Source: Chiloscyllium plagiosum (lineage: Eukaryota). Taken from it: DNA of 64,000 bases. Shown here piece after piece: positions 1-13,649 of the stretch; positions within the stretch are counted from its first letter, which is position 1; each line of letters starts with the position of its first letter. Made by a program: the position numbers and the translations under genes. A model generated the notes under the pieces. It was not told the DNA's origin, did no database searches, and saw nothing but the letters and a program-made list of their open reading frames with translations. The DNA lies in assembly GCF_004010195.1 (NCBI RefSeq), contig NC_057719.1, forward strand, positions 51,776,920 to 51,840,919, given 5' to 3'.

Positions 1-125
1 CCGAGTTAACGTGGTGGGTTGAGTTCTGAGGAAGGGTCACACAATCTGAAACGTTAGCTCTGATTTCTCTCCATAGATGCTGCCAGACCTGAGCTTTACC
101 ACAGCTTCTGTCTTTGTTTCAGATC
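1..125 (+). mobile_element. Penelope-like terminal repeat fragment with hammerhead core (21-60)
   Basis: CTGAGGA...GAAACGTT followed by the CAGATGCTGCCAGACCTG tail. More decayed relatives at about 6925-7020, 11820-11915, 29880-29990 (minus), 48500-48590 and 55765-55870. Confidence 0.65.
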
Positions 126-229
126 GTAAACAGATTGAGTAACTCAGCTCTGTAGCCGTGTGGCAGTGTGGGCCACCAGTAGCATCCAAATTTTATTCAA
201 CTTCAGTCTGTAAACTGATGGTATAAGCC

Positions 230-3035
230 CACTCCCCATTATTGCCAATCGGAGGAATCAACGGTGATGAGGTGAGGTGTGCGGAAGGGTATGCCAGGAG
301 CAGTACTGGGCATGCCTAAAAATGAGAGGTCAACCTGGTGAAGCTAAAAACAGAGCTACTTATACACCAAACATTGGAAGCAATATCTGATAAATGATCC
401 CACAACTAACCGATCAGACTTAAGCTCTGTGAACCTGCCACATCCAGCTGTGAATGGTAGTTGCTTAATTTTCCATTATCAGGAGGACAGTCACCACAAA
501 TATCTCCATCTTCAATGATGGGAGCACAGCACATCATTCACAATGACCTTTTTAAAAAAATAAGAGAGGATGGTGAACTAAGATACCCAGACATCAGTGG
601 CAGCTGAGGCAGAGTGAATGATAAAGGAGGAGGCATTGGCAATGGCAACAATGCCAGAATGAGGCAAACCTGGAACTATCCAAGTCCAGGGTCTCCCAGC
701 GAGTGCGGTGCAGGTTCTCCAGCTTGATTTGTTGCCTTAGCCAAGGGTCCTAGTCTGCAGCTAGGCCTGGGCACCTGAATGAGCAGCAGCATCAGTGGAG
801 TGGACAACGGAGGAGTGAGGTCCAGACGCATAGTCTGGATGACCTTCGGTTGGGGCTCCAGGGGTATGAGAATTGGCCCGTGGCTCTAGCTCAGTCATGG
901 GAGTGGCAGCAGCAGAGGCCTGTAAACGATACCCAGAGTCCATTACAGAGATTCTGCCTGACATCAAGCGGGGAAGGAATGAGAAAGGGAGAGAAAGATA
1001 AACTCTACTTCAGTAATGTCTTTTAATATGTTCAGTGCCATTTTACACTTTTCACTTTTTTTTAAAATACATGTGACAATTAATCAATTCAATTTAAATT
1101 TCAGGATAATCCATCTTGGCCTGTCATCACAAATGCCAATTTGAGACACTCAATGTAATATCAAAAACATCTGGAGGCACCAGATATTGCGAACGTTATG
1201 GGCCCTGCCAACATCTTGGCAGCAGAACAGAAAACGTACTCTATAACTAGCGGTGCCCCTAGCCAAGCTGTTCCAATAGAACTACAATGCTAATAACAAT
1301 GTGGAAAATTGCCCAGGTCTGCCTTCTACTCAAAAAGCAAGACAAAGCCATTGTGGACAATTACTGCTCCCTCAATCTCCTCTTGGTTATCAAAATGAAG
1401 CAAGGGGGTTCTCAATAATACTATCAAGCACCACTTGCTCAGAAATTCCAAAACGTTCACTCAGCTTCTACTCTCATTGACAGCCTTGGCCCTAACTTGG
1501 ACAAAAGAGCTGAAATTAATGGTGAGCTGAGAGTGGCAGTCCTTGCTATCAAAGGTAATATTTGACCAAGTGTGGCACCAAGGAACTCTTGCAAAACCTG
1601 AGTTGATGGTGACCAAGTGTGATCTCTTGTGGGATCGCAGTCACATCCAGCATAAAAAATTGATTATTGTTGTTGGAGCTCAATGTTCTCAGTTCCAGAG
1701 CATCTCTGCAGGCTAGCATCTTAAGCACAACCCTCTCCAGCTGCTTCATCAGTCACCTTCCTTCTATCATAAAGGTCTGAAGTGGGATATTCACTGATGA
1801 TACACCATGTTCAGCTCCATTTGTGACTCCTCGGATACTGAAACAGTCTATGCATAAGAATTGGGTAACATCTATACTTGGGCTGACAAGTGGCAAATAA
1901 CATCTGCATTACACAAGTGCCAGACAATGACCATCTAATAACTCGGGAAAATCTAGACCAGATAAGATCAGCCATGATCATGTTAAATGGCAAGAGTGGA
2001 CTCAAATGGTTGAATTGCCTACTTCCACTCCTAATTCTTTTTGTTTCTAAGTTCCTAACCATTGCTCTTTGACATTCAATGGAATTAGATTACTTACAGT
2101 GTGGAAACAGGCCCTTCGGCCCAACAAGTCCACACCGACCCACTGAAGCGCAACCTACCCATATCCCTACATTTATCCCTTCACCTAACACTACGGGCAA
2201 TTTAGCATAGCCAATTCACCTACCCTGCACATCTTTCGACTATGGGAGGAAACCAGAGCACCCGGAGGAAACCCACGCAGACACGGGGAGAATGTGCAAA
2301 CTCCACACAGTTAGTCACCTGAGGGGAGAATTGAACCCAGGTCTCTGGCGCTGTGAGGCAGCAGTGCTAACCACTGTGCCACCTCCCACTGTAACCAGAC
2401 TGGGAGGTATCATTGATGTGAAACTAAACCTGCCTTTTCATAAGACAAGAGCAGGTCAGCAGCTGGGAATCCTGCAGTGAGTAACTTACCGCTTGATTCC
2501 CCAGAAACTATCCATCATCTACAAAGCACAAGTTAGGACTGTGATAAAAGACTTACCATTTTCCCCAATGCTCCAGTCATGTTCCAGAAGCTTGATCCCA
2601 TTCAGGACAAATAAGCCCACTTGATTAATGCCACATCCATAATTCTTCATTCTTTCTACTACTAATACTCAGTACACACTGCTGCTACTATCTACAAGAT
2701 GCACTGCAGAAATTCACACAGACTCCAGAGAGAACACCTTGCAAATGTGTGACCACTTCCATCCTGAAGGATAAGGGCAGAAGGTACATGGGAACACATT
2801 TACCTACAAGTTTCCTTCCAAGACACTCACCATCCTGACTTGGAGATATATTGCCATTCCTTCTGTACTTTTAGGTCAAAATCCTGGCACTATCTCCCTA
2901 ATGACAATGTTTGTCTACTGATGGATTGCAGCAGTTCAAGAAGGCAGCTCACCACCTTCTCTGGGGTAATTAGGGATGGGTAATAAATGCCGGCCTACCC
3001 AGCAACATCCACATCTGACAAATTAATGAGAAAAA
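230..3035 (+). mobile_element. Degenerate CR1/L2-type LINE, interrupted by other inserts
   Basis: Decayed reverse-transcriptase motifs (FTDD near 1790) and a 3' tail GGGTAATAAATGCCGGCC...CCACATC. Same family as 16280-17695 and 21480-22495. Confidence 0.75.
2084..2383 (-). mobile_element. HE1-type tRNA-derived SINE
   Basis: Head GGCACAGTGGTTAGCACTGCTGCCTCACAGCGCCAG, central TGTGTGGAGTTTGCAC domain and AATCT tail, on the reverse strand. Confidence 0.9.
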
Positions 3036-4299
3036 CTAACCCTCTATAACCTCCTCACAGAAAATAATTGACATGCATCATAATGATGCCCACCACTTTC
3101 TCTTTTATTGCTGGGTCAATTTTGAAATAATTAACCTTGCTTCTTTTGAACTTCTAATGACATTAATGGTCTTGTTAAAAGAAAACCCTAGTGTTCAGAC
3201 TGTACTCTGTAAATACACTGAGTTCCATGAATAATTGCCCCCTCATGTACCTATGGAAGCTTTTACAGCCACTTACAGTCCATTTTCATGTTTCACAGTG
3301 AATTACTCCATTTTGTTTTACTTTCTGTAATAGGATTTTTCTGCAGAATTCTAAAATCAATACTCGACTCAGCATTTTGTTTGATAACTTTATAAGGCCT
3401 TTCTTTTGACTTAATACAATCTTCTATTCTTTTCTTCATCACGGTTAGAATACTTTTGTCTGGGCTATGTGCAAATTTATTTTTGTGTACTATGCATTAT
3501 TTCTTTAAACATGTGCCATCGCCTGTCTACCATCATATCTTTTATTTTCTAATTGATTTGTTCTAAAGACTTTATTACGTACCTCTGGAGAAGATGGGAT
3601 TGAATCCAGCTCTCCAGGTTCAGAGGCGCAGGCAGTACCACTGCACCACACGAACCCACTGTCATTATGTTTTAATGTATTTTCTTAATCTACCATAGCC
3701 AATTTGTTACTTTAGATTAAAGCCCCATTTTCTGATTGACGAACATCATTTTCAATCTCAATAGAAAAAAAAAGGAATGTAATTCTAACTCTAACTGTAC
3801 GTATACAGTGGAGAAGGAAGAATAGTGTGAGGAAATAATCCACCTTTCATGAAAGTCAAGAAATGTTTATACACATCTTGTATTATCAGGCTATGACTTC
3901 AATTTAAAAATCTGATATAAATGGAATCTTTATCCCCAATAGCCCACAATAATCTCAACGCCTAATAAATTAACTTGAGCGACACATGATGAAAATGCAG
4001 ATGACCTACTAATTAAAATGTTAACCTCTAAATCCAGTCTTCACTGTTATTATGCAAGAGGTATGACAACCAAATAATGTCATTCAGGCAAAGAGGACTA
4101 ATTACTTTTAAATTTATGTTGAAATGAAGTTCCTTTTAAGACAGGATTACTGAAAGATTGTCAATGTTCATATTTCATTACTGTTCACATAAATTCATTT
4201 TGTCTCATGGGTTCAAAGACATTTGTCATAAGCAGATAATTTTTTGCTAATTGTAAGGAAAGTGTGGGGTCTAAACCAAATAATATGTTCTATTGGGTT

Positions 4300-4880
4300 G
4301 TCATCAGCAATCACGCCCTAATGAGTATGATTGTCCACCTAGGAAATTCCGTATCACTGATCCTGGGATGTGTGGATCCTTGTATGGCTGATGAGCCTGA
4401 TCCCAGAGCCAAATCTTAACAATGCATTCACTAGATGTTTCCAGGAGGCCTTTAGATAGTTGGTATTCCTTTCTCTGGTTCTTTTTCCATACTTTGTCTT
4501 GTCAACGGATATTCTCGATTAATTATGTCCCTTCGTACAGAATTTCCTCCAAGTTGGTTTCTCCTGAATGAGGGTGTCCGATGCATTGACATACACGTTG
4601 CATTTCTTGAGGGAAGCCTTCAGGAAGTCTTTGAAATGCTTTCTTTATTGTCCTCCTTGTTTGAGTATCTTTCTTGAGCTGGGTGAAGATGATTTGCTTT
4701 GGCAGTCAGAACTCCGGCATCATAAGCGCATGACAAGCTCAGTGCAGGTGGTTTCGGATCATCATAGCTGGTGCTATTAGCTGCTACAAGGATGCTAATG
4801 TTAGTACACCTGTCCTCCTAGCTGATGCAGAGAATCCATCTCACTGTTGATGGTATTTCTCAAGTCTTGATGTGGCATCT
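4300..4880 (-). mobile_element. RTE-clade LINE 3' relic
   Basis: Minus strand at about 4598-4657 translates GGQ*RKHFKDFLKASLKKCN, matching the C-terminal GGQxKRxKDxLK motif of RTE ORF2. Confidence 0.65.
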
Positions 4881-7800
4881 AAAGAAAGTCAAACACACAA
4901 TATCCTCCAGTTTTAAATGTTACGTCTTACTTTATAAAACTAAGTAATGATGCTAAACCTCTGGGCCTCGGCCAAGGTATTATACCCAATTCTGGGTATG
5001 ACACTGGATGGAAGTCAAGAATTTGGAAAGGATGCAGGGAATTACCAGAATGATACAAAGGATGAAGGACATAGAAAGTATAGAACTAGGATTCTTCTGC
5101 TTCATTTTATAAAGATGCACAAAATTAGAAGGATTTTGATGAATGGAAACTATCTGTTTATGAGTGGGATACTAGTCCAATGCTATTGGATTAGATAATT
5201 TGCAAAGTAACTAAAGGGCAGATGAGTTTTTGATTCTACAATCAGTTTTATAATCTGAAATGCATTACATTAGAAGGACATCCAATAATAATTTTCAAGA
5301 GGGAACAATTTGCAGTGCTATGGAGCAAGCAATAGGGAGTGAGACTAATTGGTTGGTTTGTTCAATACAGACAATGAATATGCAGTCACTGTAATTCTAT
5401 GGTTCTGCCTGCACACTCAAATAGCATCAGCAGATACTTGTTAGGAATGGCATTCTTCCATCAAAAAAAAAATGACAGGAACATAGCTTAAGAGCTTTGT
5501 TCAAGGTCAGATGAGATTATTTGCACATCTTTTGGTGTCTGATGATCCCATTTTGGAAATGCAAGGTCTACGACAAACGTCATGCTATTGAGTTGTCCCT
5601 TGCTGGTGGTGTGGATTGACCTATGCTGATACTTTGTTTTTAGGGCTGGAATCAGCTTTGGAGCTTCTAAAATCACAAGTCATCATGGTGGTGGTAAACT
5701 CCCTGTTCACAGCTGATGCCTCCATCATTATCTCAAGTTTCCCACTTATCCTGGTTGGTGTTATTGGATTCCATGTCACTTTTGACAATATCCCCAAATT
5801 AGAGCTTTGGGCACCCTGGCGGCCTCTGGAAATTGTCTCCTTCTCCATATAAACACATCTTTGGTAATGTGGCCATCTTTCATCCTATGTATATTCCCAA
5901 ACCAATTAAGCTCTGTACACTAGCATGCTTGGTGCATTTGCCCTTTGCTTCATTGCTAACTTTGTGTTTCTATGTGTTACCATGGGTGTATCATAAACAC
6001 CAGAGATAGAAATTATTAAGCTTTTTTATTGATGCTCTTTACAACCAATTAGAATTTATGCTCCTATCATTGGCAACAGTCTAGTTTAAGCCATTCAATA
6101 AAACAATTGGTGATAGGTCTCTTATTACTCTGGCACATTTCCATAACAACGTAGCTGCTTCCTTCCCCCAGCTCAGTAAAATCCCATTGTCCCAACATAC
6201 TCCACCTCCGCTGTAATATCCTCGTTTGCAGGAAATGATTCCTGACATTTTTCTGCCACACACCAGCTGGTCCAGCTGCTCTCAATATGTCTTCTGGGAT
6301 TGCAGGCAGGCAAACATGTGTTTTATAGGCAACCTTTCATCTTGATACGATGACTGTTTTCACTCATTCTAATCAGCATGGGGAAAGTTCTTGCTGTTAC
6401 AGATTTTTGTCAAGGAGTTTTAATAATTCATTTCCAATGGGACACACAATTAAACCTACCTCTGGGAGATGCATGATGGCCCTAGAGCTTTTTTGTTGTA
6501 GATCTGCCACTAGTCATAGGGTTGCAGAGGAAGACATTTAGTTCAAGGTTTTCTAGGGTGGGGGAACAGTGACTTGATAAGCAAACATTGCTAATGTTTT
6601 CAGGCATTTTAAATATGTGATGATCTCATCAGAAGTTATGTATTTTGCACCAAAATAGCAGAACCTTTTAAATAGGTTTGCTGTTTCTATACAGCAATAT
6701 TGTGCTAATGCATTTACTGTTTTTGGTCAATTATGCCATCATGTGGCCTGGCTAAGAAATGCAAACATAAATTGTAGAGGACAGAATGAAAACTGTTCTT
6801 TTTGGAAGAAAATATCTGTCAATAATTTTCATGCAAAATGAGTATTCAAATATAGTATATAACATTTTTGTTATACAAATAATACAGCTTATATTTGACA
6901 TCTTTTTTCTGCATTATCAAACCTTCTGTTTTGAAGAGTCAAACTGGACTCAACGTTAACTGCTTCTCTGTCCATGGAGGCAGCTAGACCTGCTGAGGTT
7001 TCCCAGCTTTGTATTTTGATCAAAGAAAGCTGAATAGTTGAATTTGACAGGTTCACAGGCAAGCTGAAGATACACAGAGAATAGATCCAGAAGCTGAGAA
7101 TAAGCAGGTATAGTTGCCACAGTTCTTTCTGTTATTTGAAGATAATGTTGAATCTACATCATTGAAACTGAGTTGAGGAGTTTCCGCAGATGTGTGCCAT
7201 TTGTGCAAATGACCATAACCATGAAACTCTGTTCATTGTGGTTCGCTGGGGAGCAAACCACATTCTGGAAGCAGAGGAGCTGAAATGCTTTGTAAGACAA
7301 ATCATTGAAGAACTTTGTGATTGAGTTTACTACCTTTATATTGTGAACTGCCAAGCAGTTTGTAAGATCTACCTTAGTTGTATCTATCATTTAATATGTA
7401 GTTTATAGTTTATAATCAACTACAATTTGCCTGTTAATTTGTATTTAGTGGGTTGATTCTGGATATTAAAGTAGAAGAGGTTATGTAAGGTATTATCTAT
7501 GGTTTATTTTGTTTGATTCAAGTACAGTAAATATTCTTTTGTTTTAAACCATGGAAGTTTTTGGCTTCATTCTTTTAGTCAGTAACTAGGATTTTGGATT
7601 ATTTTAAAAAGAAAGTTACCGGTGTATATTGAGATTGTAATAATAAAATGGTAGAATTCTGGGCTTGGTACTGAAATATTCAACTGATTTGTGCTTCCTC
7701 AGACCCTCCGCAAATGTTTTGAAGGAATCTCTGGTTGGAGACTTCAACATGCCTTCTGTACTTCTCTGTGGCTATCACTGCATTTGAAGTGTCATTCTTA

Positions 7801-8107
7801 CAGCCAGGATTGAAAGATCCAACTGAAAGTATAGAACAGGATATGTGCTCTGTGATCTGTGTAGGCAGCAATGATGTGTACACCATAAGCATTGATTGGA
7901 GGATCACGTCCACTCGCAACCTTATTGCACAGGATCTGGAAAGGGCAAAATGTTCTACAGACATTGCGAGACTGGAACTAACTGATAGACAATGTGGATA
8001 GTTGCAGCAATAAGAGAGCAAAGTCTATAAACTGGTAAGGAATGCTTTTCTGTTGATAATTAAGCAGCAGACATTGGAACGAAAAACAATATAAAACAAT
8101 TTGAGGC

Positions 8108-8219
8108 CTGTTGTGGTGCGGTAGCAGCGTCCCCACCTCTGGGCCACCAGGACCGAGCTCTGATCACACCTGCTCCAGATGATTGTCATAACATACCTGA
8201 ACAACTTGATTAAGAATAT
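8108..8219 (+). mobile_element. Short (about 110 bp) tRNA-derived SINE-like repeat
   Basis: Shares its head and TCCAGA...CAAGTTGATT...AATAT end with copies at 56865-56955, 57955-58056 and 58290-58398. Confidence 0.55.
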
Positions 8220-9794
8220 CAGCAAGGCGGCCTTTGTGTGGAGCCTCAGAAAATGGGGGAGATACTAAATGAATATTTTGCATCAGTATTTACTGTGGAA
8301 AAGGATATGGAAGATATAGACTGTAGGGAAATAGATGGTGACATCTTGCAAAATGTCCAGATTACAGAGGAGGAAGTGCTGGATGTCCTGAAATGGTTAA
8401 AGGTGGATAAATCCCCAGGACCTGATCAGGTGTACCAGAGAACTCTGTGGGTAGCTAGAGAAGTGATTGCTGGGCCCCTTGCTGAGATATTTGTATCATT
8501 GATAGTCTCAGGTGAGGTGCCGGAAGACNNNNNNNNNNNNNNNNNNNNNNNNNNNNNNNNNNNNNNNNNNNNNNNNNNNNNNNNNNNNNNNNNNNNNNNN
8601 NNNNNNNNNNNNNNNNNNNNNNNNNNNNNNNNNNNNNNNNNNNNNNNNNNNNNNNNNNNNNNNNNNNNNNNNNNNNNNNNNNNNNNNNNNNNNNNNNNNN
8701 NNNNNNNNNNNNNNNNNNNNNNNNNNNNNNNNNNNNNNNNNNNNNNNNNNNNNNNNNNNNNNNNNNNNNNNNNNNNNNNNNNNNNNNNNNNNNNNNNNNN
8801 NNNNNNNNNNNNNNNNNNNNNNNNNNNNNNNNNNNNNNNNNNNNNNNNNNNNNNNNNNNNNNNNNNNNNNNNNNNNNNNNNNNNNNNNNNNNNNNNNNNN
8901 NNNNNNNNNNNNNNNNNNNNNNNNNNNNNNNNNNNNNNNNNNNNNNNNNNNNNNNNNNNNNNNNNNNNNNNNNNNNNNNNNNNNNNNNNNNNNNNNNNNN
9001 NNNNNNNNNNNNNNNNNNNNNNNNNNNNNNNNNNNNNNNNNNNNNNNNNNNNNNNNNNNNNNNNNNNNNNNNNNNNNNNNNNNNNNNNNNNNNNNNNNNN
9101 NNNNNNNNNNNNNNNNNNNNNNNNNNNNNNNNNNNNNNNNNNNNNNNNNNNNNNNNNNNNNNNNNNNNNNNNNNNNNNNNNNNNNNNNNNNNNNNNNNNN
9201 NNNNNNNNNNNNNNNNNNNNNNNNNNNNNNNNNNNNNNNNNNNNNNNNNNNNNNNNNNNNNNNNNNNNNNNNNNNNNNNNNNNNNNNNNNNNNNNNNNNN
9301 NNNNNNNNNNNNNNNNNNNNNNNNNNNNNNNNNNNNNNNNNNNNNNNNNNNNNNNNNNNNNNNNNNNNNNNNNNNNNNNNNNNNNNNNNNNNNNNNNNNN
9401 NNNNNNNNNNNNNNNNNNNNNNNNNNNNNNNNNNNNNNNNNNNNNNNNNNNNNNNAATAGGCAAAGTCTTTTCCCTGGGGTCGGGGAGTCCAGAACTAGA
9501 GGGCATAGGTTTAGGGTGAGAGGGGAAAGATATAAAAGAGACCTCAGGGGCAACTTTTTCACGCAGAGGGTGGTACGTGTATGGAATAAGCTGCCACAGG
9601 ATGTGGTGGAGGCTGGTACAATTGCAACATTTAAGAGGCATTTGGATGTGTACATGAATAGCAAAGGTTTGGAAGGATATGGGCCGGGTGCTGGCAGGTG
9701 GGACTAGATTGGGTTGGGATATCTGGTCGGCATGGACGGGTTGGACCAAAGGGTCTGTTTCCATGCTGTACATCTCTATGACTCTATGACTCTA
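8220..9794 (+). mobile_element. CR1 LINE, 5'-truncated, spanning the gap
   Basis: ORF2 motifs LNEYFASVFT, KSPGPD, RTRGH and FFTQRVVRVWNKLP, with a (CTATGACT)n tail. Confidence 0.92.
8529..9455. other. Assembly gap (N run) inside a CR1 LINE
   Basis: Run of N flanked on both sides by CR1 ORF2 sequence. Confidence 0.99.
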
Positions 9795-10282
9795 ATATTA
9801 TAAAACAAACCATTCTTTAAAGGAGATACATGAACAATATCAGACCACACATTGCAGAGTGAGGATAATTCACAGAATCATAGAATTTGTTTTCTCTCCC
9901 CACACAGAATCTGAGTTGTTATTTGAATTAGCTCATAATTGCTAGATAACCTGTCTAGGAGACATTACTGCTGTGTGACAGGATGTGGAGAAGGCAGAAA
10001 ATTGCATGTTACAGGAAATGCAGGCAAAATGATTCTGAGTACTCTGCACCAATGAGGGTGGGTTATGCCGGGAGAAGGAAAACATGCAAATAGTGAATTT
10101 GGAGATGGGTCTTGGAAGGGAAGACAGTATAAGGGAACTTTCTGGATCAACTGAATTTATTGAGCCTGAATGTAAGCAATCCCATTGGATTATTTTGATT
10201 GAGTAATGGAATGGTCATTTTTTATTTACAGGAAAGTCTTGGATGTAAATGTTTTCTTTGAGAAGATTAATGGAGATGGTAG

Positions 10283-11370
10283 ACCATAAGACAGCAGAAT
10301 TAGGCCATTCAGCCCATCAAATTCTGCTCCACCATTCAAACATAGCTGATAAGTTTCTCAACCCAGTCTCCTGTCTTCTACCTATAACCCTTGATCCTCT
10401 TACTAATCAAGAACCTATCTAACTCTGTCTTAAATACACTCAATGATTTTGCCTCCACAGCCTTCTGCAGAAATGTGTTCCACAGATTCCCCACAGCTTG
10501 GGTGAAGAAATTTCTCCTCATCTCCATTCTAAAGGTTTGTCCCTTCTCTCTGAGGCTGCTCCTAGTCTCTCTGACCTGTGGAAACATCTTCTCCACGTGC
10601 AATCTATCCAGGCCTCTCCGTATTCATCCTTCTAAACACCACTGAGTATATACTGAGAGTCTTCAAACTGCTCCTCATATGACAAGCCCTTCATCCCTGG
10701 GGTCATTATTGTAAACATCCTCTGGATCCCCTCCAAGGTCAGCTTTCTTCGATACAGGGCACAAAACTGCTCTCAATATTTAAAACGTGGTCTGACCAGA
10801 ACCTTATACAGCCACAGAAGTATATCGCTCACCTTGTATTCTAGCCCTGTTGAAATGGATGCCAACACTGCATTTGCCTTTCTAACTGCCATCTGAAGTT
10901 TCTTGTAAACCTTAAGAGAACTCTAAACTAAGACTACTAAGTCCCTTTGTGCTTCAGATTTCTGAATCCTTTCCCAGTTTAGAAAATACTTTATGCCACT
11001 ATTCTTTCTACCAAAGTAGATAACCTCACACTTTCCCACATTGTATTTTGATCTGCCGCTTTTTTGCCCACTCTCCTAGTCTGTCCAAGTCCTTCTGCAG
11101 ACTCCCCACGTTCTCAACACTATCTGTCCGTCCACCTACTTTGTGTTAACTGCATACTTATCAACAATTCCCTTGTCCAGATTGCTAATATATAACGTGA
11201 ATAGCTGTGGTCCCAACACTGACCCCTGTGGAACACCACAAGTTACTAATTGTCATCCTGAAAAATACCCCTTTATTCCCACTCTCTGCCGTCTGCCGGT
11301 CAGCCAGTCCTCCTTCCAGGCCAATACCTTGCCCCAAATGCCATGGCCTGTTATCTTATTTAGCAGCCTC
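10283..11370 (-). mobile_element. CR1 LINE 3' fragment
   Basis: Reverse-strand RRNFFTQAVGNLWN, WLTGRRQRVGI and GVPQGSVLGP. Confidence 0.88.
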
Positions 11371-12530
11371 AAAGATGACCAAATCAGGCTGTTTCCTTTC
11401 TGGTGAAAATCCTGTAGAAGGAAGCATGAATACACTTTTAACCCTAATATTCCTTCCTGCCAATTAACTGATTTGTTTTATTTAAATTAAGCTTTAACTG
11501 AAATTGTCAGAAACAGACTGGGAGTAATTTCAACCCTTTCTAGTGGGTGTATCATTTTCCAGGGAAGCATTAAACTGTTTAAAAATGTGACATCTAATAT
11601 CAAACTCTCACCAAAGTATTCAGTGCTAGCTGAACTGCAGAGAATTTTATCTGATTAACAATGTGAAGAGGTGAAACAGCAATTATTAGATGCACAGACA
11701 TCTTTGTGCGTTAGATTTTGCCATTGATTAATGGTAGAGGGCTGGGCTTTGACAGCGGTTGAGAGAACCAATGGTTAAATGGTAATAGAATCTGCCAGGT
11801 TTAGTGAATTACATTCTGGGATTCTGAAGAAGGGAGATATTTGAGTTCAATGTTAACCTTTTCTCTATCCACAGATGCTGCTGTGTTTCTGAAGCATTTT
11901 CTGCTTTTAGTTCAGCTAGTTGTATACTTTTCTAGCACTTCTTTTGAGTACAAATGCACTCTGCCTGGCCCTCAAATAATCAAGTTGCAGTTTATTTGCA
12001 GACCCCATCCTAGCACTCTCTTCCAACTGCCCCCTACTGATCTCTAGCTAACTCCCTCACCTTCCCCACACCCTTACCCTGGTCATCAGCAGCTCCCTGC
12101 CCTCTTGGACGCCACCCCCCTCCACCCCTCAAAAAACACCTCTTGGTTCTGACGCACACTGTTTGCTCTAAATACTTACCCCCAGAAAATGATCCTATTT
12201 TTATATTCATTTTTCTAGTACGTGGGTGTCACTGGCTGACCAGCATTTATTGCCTGGCCCTAGTTCCCCTTGAGAAACTAGGGGTGGGTTGCTTTCTTGA
12301 ACTGCTTCAGTCTACCTGCTGTGGGTTGACCCACAATGCCATTAGGGAGGGAATTCATCCATGGATCAAGATGAACATTTTTTCAAATTGAATGAAATTA
12401 TTCCCCTCTTCTGCTTTTTGGAAGTGTAACACCTGATTCATTTTTGTCTTTAAGGACCTGTGAATATATTTCTTAAAATTATAGAGTTATCTCTTTTTGT
12501 GGTAAGTCTTGACTTTTTTTGGTCAAATTG

Positions 12531-12817
12531 GGCCTCACAGCGCCAGAGACCCGGGTTCAATTCCCGCCTCAGGCGACTGACTGTGTGGAGTTTGCACGTT
12601 CTCCCCGTGTCTGCGTGGGTTTCCTCCGGGTGCTCCGGTTTCCTCCCACAGTCCAAACGATGTGCAGGTCAGGTGAATTGACCATGCTAAAATTGCCCGT
12701 AGTGTCAGATAAGGGGTAAATGTAGGGGTATGGGTGGGTTGCGCTTCGGCGGGGCGGTGTGGACTTGTTGGGCCGAAGGGCCTGTTTCCATACTGTAAGT
12801 AATCTAATCTAATCTAA
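12531..12817 (+). mobile_element. HE1-type SINE (slightly 5'-truncated, young)
   Basis: Near-identical to the copies at 36717 and 42889, with CpGs retained and an (AATCT)3 tail. Confidence 0.92.
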
Positions 12818-13649
12818 ATAGAATTAAAATATCTGTGTGTTTTGATTAGACAAACTATCCATACCTAGAGCTGGGGCAGAGATGTACTGAGGTAAAAGAT
12901 TGCAGTGGGTGTGTGCGAGAGAAGGTAGCTGCGGCAAGATTTGCATATAGGCAGATTACTACAGGATTGAAAGAATATGCAATTATTCTCGATTAAAGTT
13001 TGGAGGGAATGGAGAAGATTAGGAAAAGGAGCTGCCTCTAAGTTATGGTCTGATTATTTTGTGAAATCATATCATGGTCCTTTGTAAATGTGGGCTCTTC
13101 GTGCATTTGGCTTAGAGATCAGGACATGCATTGTTCAGCCCAGATATCAGGATTCTGAATCTAATGCAGAGCATGTTGGGAGGTCTGATTGAGCAGACAT
13201 GTTAGGACCAACAGGAAAAATTATGAGTTTATGATTTCTTTTCTGTCTTTTGAAATTTAATACCTAGGTTGAGATGGGAAACTTCCAATAGCTGAAAGAA
13301 GCTTTGTGCAGTATGATAATGTGAAAATGCAGACTGGAACAGAAAAGTGAGGGAAAATATTTGATTTGTGTTCATGCAAAAAGGAAGGAAAGTTGCCATC
13401 ATTTCCTATTGTTTAGGAGAGGCAGAGAACAAAATGCAGCAGAAAATATTGCACATCGCCAACAGAAGCCTCTTGGTTGTCCTCACAATTTCATCAGGCT
13501 GTGGAAAAGAATTTTGTGCTTCCCAATCAAATTTCCCGTGCTGGTATAGGAGGAATGTGCATCATTGGGATGTTTTCTGGGGCATGTGGGACCTGTACAA
13601 GAGTTTGTTTGGTGCATCTAGCAATATGTAAATATGAAACAATATGTAA

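Noticed and set aside
5480-7640. Possible LTR-retrotransposon relic (KDGHITKD zinc-knuckle-like remnant near 5860-5885 on the minus strand; LTR-like stretch 7000-7640)
   Set aside because: Too decayed; I could not verify paired LTRs, a primer-binding site or an intact motif.
8238-9773. Long ORFs of 335-489 aa in the ORF track
   Set aside because: Artefacts of translating through the N gap; the flanks are CR1 ORF2.
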